From Firmicutes bacterium UBA4996 (GTDB lineage Bacteria; Bacillota; Limnochordia; Darwinibacteriales; Darwinibacteriaceae): DNA of 64,000 bases. A program made the position numbers and the translations under genes. Location: the NCBI GenBank assembly GCA_002396805.1, contig DGYW01000058.1, forward strand, positions 45,591 to 109,590. Reading direction: 5' to 3'. The notes under the pieces are model-generated. The model saw only the letters and a list, made by a program, of their open reading frames with translations. It ran no database searches and was not told the DNA's origin. Positions 60,310 to 64,000 of this stretch are shown piece after piece (positions within the stretch are counted from its first letter, which is position 1; the number at the start of each line of letters is the position of its first letter).

Positions 60310-60433
60310 GAAGATCCCCCCTTTAGAAGTCTGTTAAGTTTATCATAACTTATTTGTCATCACTTGGCAATCGTTTGCACAAAAAGCCGAGTAGTCCGTG
60401 GGGAAATCACCAAGTGGGACCTGCTGGTTCCTT

Positions 60434-61096
60434 TTAAGATTGTCGTTGCAGGGCCTCAAGTAGTTGTTTTAGGCTCACGGATTCAAATCCAGAAATAACT
60501 ACATGGGCTGCAGATAACATATTTGGCTCACCGACACCAACCGTAAGCATTCCAGCGTTTAGAGCCGCCTCAATTCCTGCTTGGGCATCTTCAAAAACCA
60601 CAGTATGTTCTGGGGCCACGTTTAGCTGAGCTGCCCCTAGTAAAAACACCTCTGGATCGGGCTTAGCTTTCGAGACCAAATTCCCATCAATGATGGCGTC
60701 GAAATAATCAGTGATCTGAACCCTTTCCAATATGGTTCGGGCGTTCTTACTTGCTGAACCAAGGGCGATTTTTATGCCCTGACCCCGCAATTCGTCTAGG
60801 AAGTCCAAGACCCCTGGTAGTATTTCCGAAGTGTCCATTTGTAAAATATACTGTACGTACCAGGTGTTTTTCTTCGCGGCTAAGGATTCTTTTTCTGCAG
60901 TTGTTTTCTCTTGCTTGCCAATCTCCAACAGAATTTCTAAGGAACGCATCCGGCTGACTCCCTTTAGCCGTTCGTTATCTCGTTCGGTAAATTCGATGCC
61001 CAATTCGGCACCTAGACGTTTCCAAGCTAAGTAATGGTATTTGGCAGTATCAACAATTACCCCATCCAAATCAAAAATGGCCAGACGAATATCCAT
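60434..61096 (-). CDS. pgmB: beta-phosphoglucomutase (HAD family)
   Basis: HAD motif I AIFDLDGVIVDT in a 220-aa protein, upstream of the GH65 gene in the same operon. RBS AAAGGAGG. Confidence 0.85.
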   Translation of the reverse strand: MDIRLAIFDLDGVIVDTAKYHYLAWKRLGAELGIEFTERDNERLKGVSRMRSLEILLEIGKQEKTTAEKESLAAKKNTWYVQYILQMDTSEILPGVLDFLDELRGQGIKIALGSASKNARTILERVQITDYFDAIIDGNLVSKAKPDPEVFLLGAAQLNVAPEHTVVFEDAQAGIEAALNAGMLTVGVGEPNMLSAAHVVISGFESVSLKQLLEALQRQS

Positions 61097-61174
61097 AAGC
61101 TGCCTCCTTTACGGACCCATTATAACATGAGATGGAGTGGGAGCACATAGATTTTAAAGAAAGGGAGGAAGGAG

Positions 61175-62017
61175 GTGGCGTATCTGATTGCCATCTACGC
61201 CCGGGTAAGCACGGAAGAACAAGCTAAACATGGTTTTAGTATCGCTGCGCAAATTCGGGAATGTCAGGAACTGGTCGATCCTCAGCTCACCTTAACCTTT
61301 GTAGATGAGGGTGTTTCTGGTGAGATTCTGCACCGCCCAGCTCTAGAAGAATTGCGCCTAAAGATCGAACAAGGGGAAGTTAACACCGTGGTGTGTTTGG
61401 ATCCTGACCGCCTATCTCGTAAGCTACTCCATCAGCTTTTACTCACGGAGGAATGGGAAAAGCGGGGGGTGCAGTTGACTTTCGTGCACGGGGATTATAG
61501 CAAAACTCCTGAAGGCAATCTTTTTTATGCCCTCAGGGGGGCGATTTCTGAATTTGAGAAGGCTAAGATCACTGAACGTATGTGCAGGGGGAGACGGGAA
61601 AAGGCTAGGCAAGGAAGGGTTTTGAGGGATTTTCAGATCTATGGGTATGATTATGACGTGGAGCATGAACAACTAGTGGTGAATAGGGCTGAGGGAATAA
61701 TAGTAAAGAAAATTTTCACCTGGTTCTTAGAGCCGCCACCAGGAGTCAAGGGAGTCTCCAGCATTGCCAAGACCTTGACATATCAAGGAGTACCTACGAA
61801 GAGAGGTGCTAAGCAGTGGCACCGGCAAGTGGTACGTCAAATTCTGAGTAATCGTACTTACTTAGGGGAATTTTATCAGAATAAATGGGACACTACCAAC
61901 TCTCAAGTCCGGTTGCGACCGTTTGAAGAGTGGATTTTAATTCCTTGTCCATCCTTGGTTACGGTGGATGTCTTTAACCAGGTTCAGAAAAAACTGTCAG
62001 TGAATTCGAGATCTTAA
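61175..62017 (+). CDS. serine recombinase (SpoIVCA-like, but only 280 aa). It has the resolvase catalytic domain and a Recombinase domain, but lacks the zinc-ribbon and coiled-coil region.
   Basis: Catalytic motif YARVSTEEQ (Ser nucleophile). GTG start follows a GGAGGAAGGAGG RBS. The stop TAA overlaps the sigK 3' ATG. Confidence 0.8.
   Translation: MAYLIAIYARVSTEEQAKHGFSIAAQIRECQELVDPQLTLTFVDEGVSGEILHRPALEELRLKIEQGEVNTVVCLDPDRLSRKLLHQLLLTEEWEKRGVQLTFVHGDYSKTPEGNLFYALRGAISEFEKAKITERMCRGRREKARQGRVLRDFQIYGYDYDVEHEQLVVNRAEGIIVKKIFTWFLEPPPGVKGVSSIAKTLTYQGVPTKRGAKQWHRQVVRQILSNRTYLGEFYQNKWDTTNSQVRLRPFEEWILIPCPSLVTVDVFNQVQKKLSVNSRS
62008..62014 (+). repeat. right copy of the 7-bp direct repeat GAGATCT (attR core)
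   Basis: It is identical to 57999..58005. An additional AACTGTCA octamer repeat sits inside each element end (58006..58013 and 61993..62000). Confidence 0.8.
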
Positions 62018-62367
62018 TGCATCTACGCACCACCAAGAGGGCTCGTCAAGAGGTGATGCTGTACGATCCCATCGGAGCAGACCGGGAGGGAAATGAGATC
62101 AGTTTGATGGATATTCTCAGTTCCGATGGTGATGAAGTACTGGAGTCGGTGGTCTTAAATATGGATCGCAACCAATTAGCAGAAAAATTCCACTGTCTCT
62201 CCAAGCGCGAGCGGATGGTTTTGGAACTAAGATTTGGTTTAGGACACCAAGAACGGCACACTCAAAGGCAGATAGGACGCATATTAGGCATTTCTCGTTC
62301 TTACGTTTCTCGTATTGAAAAACGAGCTTTGGGTAAGCTTCTAAATGAAATGGGCCCCCTCAGCTAA
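62017..62367 (+). CDS. sigK: sigK 3' segment (equivalent to spoIIIC): sigma-K C-terminal half, regions 3 and 4
   Basis: MHLRTTKRARQEVMLYDPIGADREGNEISLMDIL...QIGRILGISRSYVSRIEKRALGKL closely matches the B. subtilis SigK C-terminal half. Confidence 0.9.
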   Translation: MHLRTTKRARQEVMLYDPIGADREGNEISLMDILSSDGDEVLESVVLNMDRNQLAEKFHCLSKRERMVLELRFGLGHQERHTQRQIGRILGISRSYVSRIEKRALGKLLNEMGPLS

Positions 62368-62425
62368 GGACCAGGTCCCGCAGTGGGGATCTGGTCTCCC
62401 CCTTGGGGATCATTTTGTTTTATCC
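62368..62425 (+). terminator. possible terminator after sigK
   Basis: Hairpins GGACCAG...CTGGTC and TCCCC-ctt-GGGGA, followed by a T-rich tract. Confidence 0.4.
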
Positions 62426-62481
62426 TTTTTTCCCCGGATATGTTATAATAAAGCGATACATTTTGGAAAGATGGAGCTGTT

Positions 62482-63018
62482 ATGGGATTATTACAACCAG
62501 ACTTGATTTTGGAGGATGTCTTTGCTATAGATCTACCAAGACTACAAGCCAACGGCATCAAAGGATTATTGATTGACCTAGATAACACCATAGTGCCCTG
62601 GGAAGAGTCACTCATGGAAGAGCGTTTCATCACTTGGGTGCAGCAGGTTAAGGAGCAAGGTTTCGCCATTTGCCTTGTTACTAATGCTTTGGAAAATCGC
62701 ACCGCAAACTTTGCGGGTCTTCTGGAGATCCCCGCTGTTGGACGGGCCTGGAAACCATTAAACCGGGCTTTTTCGCGTGGTCTAAAGTTATTGAAGTTAC
62801 CTGCAGCCCAAGTGGCGGTAGTGGGCGATCAGTTGTTTACAGATGTTCTAGGCGGTAATCGTATGGGACTTTTTACTATTTTGGTTAATCCCTTGAGCAC
62901 AAAAGAGCTTAAAACTACAAAGTTCATGAGGCGCCTAGAAGGTCGAGTACTAGACAAGATGGTACAAAAAGGTCAACTAAGTGCTCAAGCGGTGTCGATA
63001 CGCAAAGGGGGAGACTAA
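62482..63018 (+). CDS. yqeG: YqeG-family HAD phosphatase (subfamily IIIA)
   Basis: HAD motif LIDLDNTIV. It lies upstream of yqeH, as in Bacillus. Confidence 0.8.
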   Translation: MGLLQPDLILEDVFAIDLPRLQANGIKGLLIDLDNTIVPWEESLMEERFITWVQQVKEQGFAICLVTNALENRTANFAGLLEIPAVGRAWKPLNRAFSRGLKLLKLPAAQVAVVGDQLFTDVLGGNRMGLFTILVNPLSTKELKTTKFMRRLEGRVLDKMVQKGQLSAQAVSIRKGGD

Positions 63019-63019
63019 T

Positions 63020-64000
63020 ATGAGGCAACAACATTGTCAGGGATGTGGTGCCCACATCCAAAGCAGTAATCCAAGTGAGTATGGTTATGTACCAGAAGGC
63101 CAGCTGAATCGGGAACCCCTCCTTTGCCAACGTTGTTTTAGAATCAACCATTATGGTCGTGATGACATCGGTCCGGTCCAGGCCAATGATTCCCTTGCCT
63201 CCATTGAAGCTGGTTTAGCTTGGTGCAGCGGGGTTGTTTTGGTGGTGGATCTCATGGATTTCGAGGCCAGCGTGCCTCGAGAGCTTGTAGGTATGATTGG
63301 CAACAAGAAGACCATCCTGGCCGTGAACAAGGTGGATCTCTTGCCAGAACAGACACCCTTACGGGAAATCCATGGATGGATTGCTAAAAGGCTTACAGAT
63401 TTAGCCTTTCCCCAGGTACAGGTGAATTTGATTAGTGCCGTTAATGGCCATGGTTTTCCCGATCTTGCGGATGAAATCGAGAACCTAGGTCCGAATGTTC
63501 TGTTTATTGGAGTCACCAATGTGGGTAAATCCAGTGTCTTAGAAAGGCTTTTACATATGCGCATTGGTGGGGGTAAGCGGGGTATTGTTAAGCCCACCAT
63601 TTCACCGTATCCAGGCACAACCGTTCAGGTTTCAAGGTGGCGGTGTCCGGGTGGTTTGGTTTTGGCTGACTCCCCCGGCTACGTTCCCCAGGGGCGGGTG
63701 AGCGATCAAGTGGCAGCAGAATGTGCCCGGGAGCTAATTCCCCATCGCCAGCTGTCTTCTCATCTCTATCCTGTGCAGGTCGGGGAACTGATCCATATTC
63801 CGGGTCTTTGTGGATTTGAGTGTTTGGAAAGCTCCGGTTCTGGTCTGCTCTTGGGCTTTACGGGATCGGGTGTACAGTGGCAGAAGTCCACTAACAAACA
63901 CCTGAAAAAGTGGCTTGAAGAGTATGCTGGCCCCTGCCAAGTTAAGACATGGGAGCAGAGGACGATCAGATTATACCCAGGGCAAGATGCGGTGATTAGT
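63020..64000 (+). CDS. yqeH: ribosome biogenesis GTPase YqeH (circularly permuted GTPase). The 3' end is truncated by the window, and the gene is absent from the ORF track.
   Basis: N-terminal zinc finger CQGCG...CQRCF, G4 NKVDLL preceding G1 GVTNVGKSS, and G3 DSPG. The reading frame is open to the window end. Confidence 0.85.
   Translation, partial: MRQQHCQGCGAHIQSSNPSEYGYVPEGQLNREPLLCQRCFRINHYGRDDIGPVQANDSLASIEAGLAWCSGVVLVVDLMDFEASVPRELVGMIGNKKTILAVNKVDLLPEQTPLREIHGWIAKRLTDLAFPQVQVNLISAVNGHGFPDLADEIENLGPNVLFIGVTNVGKSSVLERLLHMRIGGGKRGIVKPTISPYPGTTVQVSRWRCPGGLVLADSPGYVPQGRVSDQVAAECARELIPHRQLSSHLYPVQVGELIHIPGLCGFECLESSGSGLLLGFTGSGVQWQKSTNKHLKKWLEEYAGPCQVKTWEQRTIRLYPGQDAVIS

Larger units (their letters stand above)
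57999..62014 (+). mobile_element. sigK intervening (skin-like) element of about 4.0 kb, carrying a serine recombinase plus a GH65 phosphorylase and beta-PGM as cargo
   Basis: It splits sigK exactly between ENEI and LMHLR, the same codon position as B. subtilis skin. GAGATCT direct repeats flank it. A serine recombinase gene ends precisely at the right junction. Confidence 0.8.

Noticed and set aside
63151-63618. A 155-aa minus-strand ORF from the six-frame track
   Set aside because: It lies entirely antisense to the clearly recognisable yqeH GTPase gene on the + strand (63020 to the window end) and has no homology features. It is spurious.

Overview
This 64-kb window is chromosomal DNA from a spore-forming Firmicute (Clostridia-like, about 47-48% GC). 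It is densely coded, mostly on the + strand, and the order of the sporulation genes is Bacillus-like. Most genes are housekeeping or central-carbon functions: pckA, zwf, gnd, pgi, manA, glnS, mnmA, cca, dapF, luxS and mtnN, psuG and psuK, a znuABC-like zinc uptake operon, an EtfBA plus FAD-oxidase cluster arranged like LctBCD, several ABC transporters, three tandem M42 peptidases, and tldD with pmbA. Sporulation-associated genes include a cwlD-like amidase, SpmA/SpmB-like proteins and a CotS-family kinase. I found no tRNA, rRNA or CRISPR array. Three loci stand out. (1) The sporulation sigma factor gene sigK is split into a 5' half (57642..58007) and a 3' half (62017..62367). Between them lies a 4.0-kb skin-like intervening element bounded by a 7-bp direct repeat GAGATCT. 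It carries a serine recombinase unusually short for a skin-element recombinase and, as cargo, a GH65 disaccharide phosphorylase plus a beta-phosphoglucomutase. Precise deletion restores an in-frame sigK at the same codon position where Bacillus subtilis skin is inserted. (2) A HesB/IscA-like gene (29733..30026) has an in-frame TGA exactly where the conserved cluster-ligating Cys sits, so it is a candidate selenoprotein. The ORF track missed it. (3) An 875-aa fusion protein (36543..39167) joins a class-III (omega-type) PLP aminotransferase to a C-terminal domain that clearly resembles cyanobacterial acyl-ACP reductase (AAR). This is a candidate one-polypeptide route from acyl-ACP through a fatty aldehyde to a fatty amine. 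A GNAT acetyltransferase gene is transcribed divergently from it. All functional calls come from reading motifs and homology by eye. No database searches were run.
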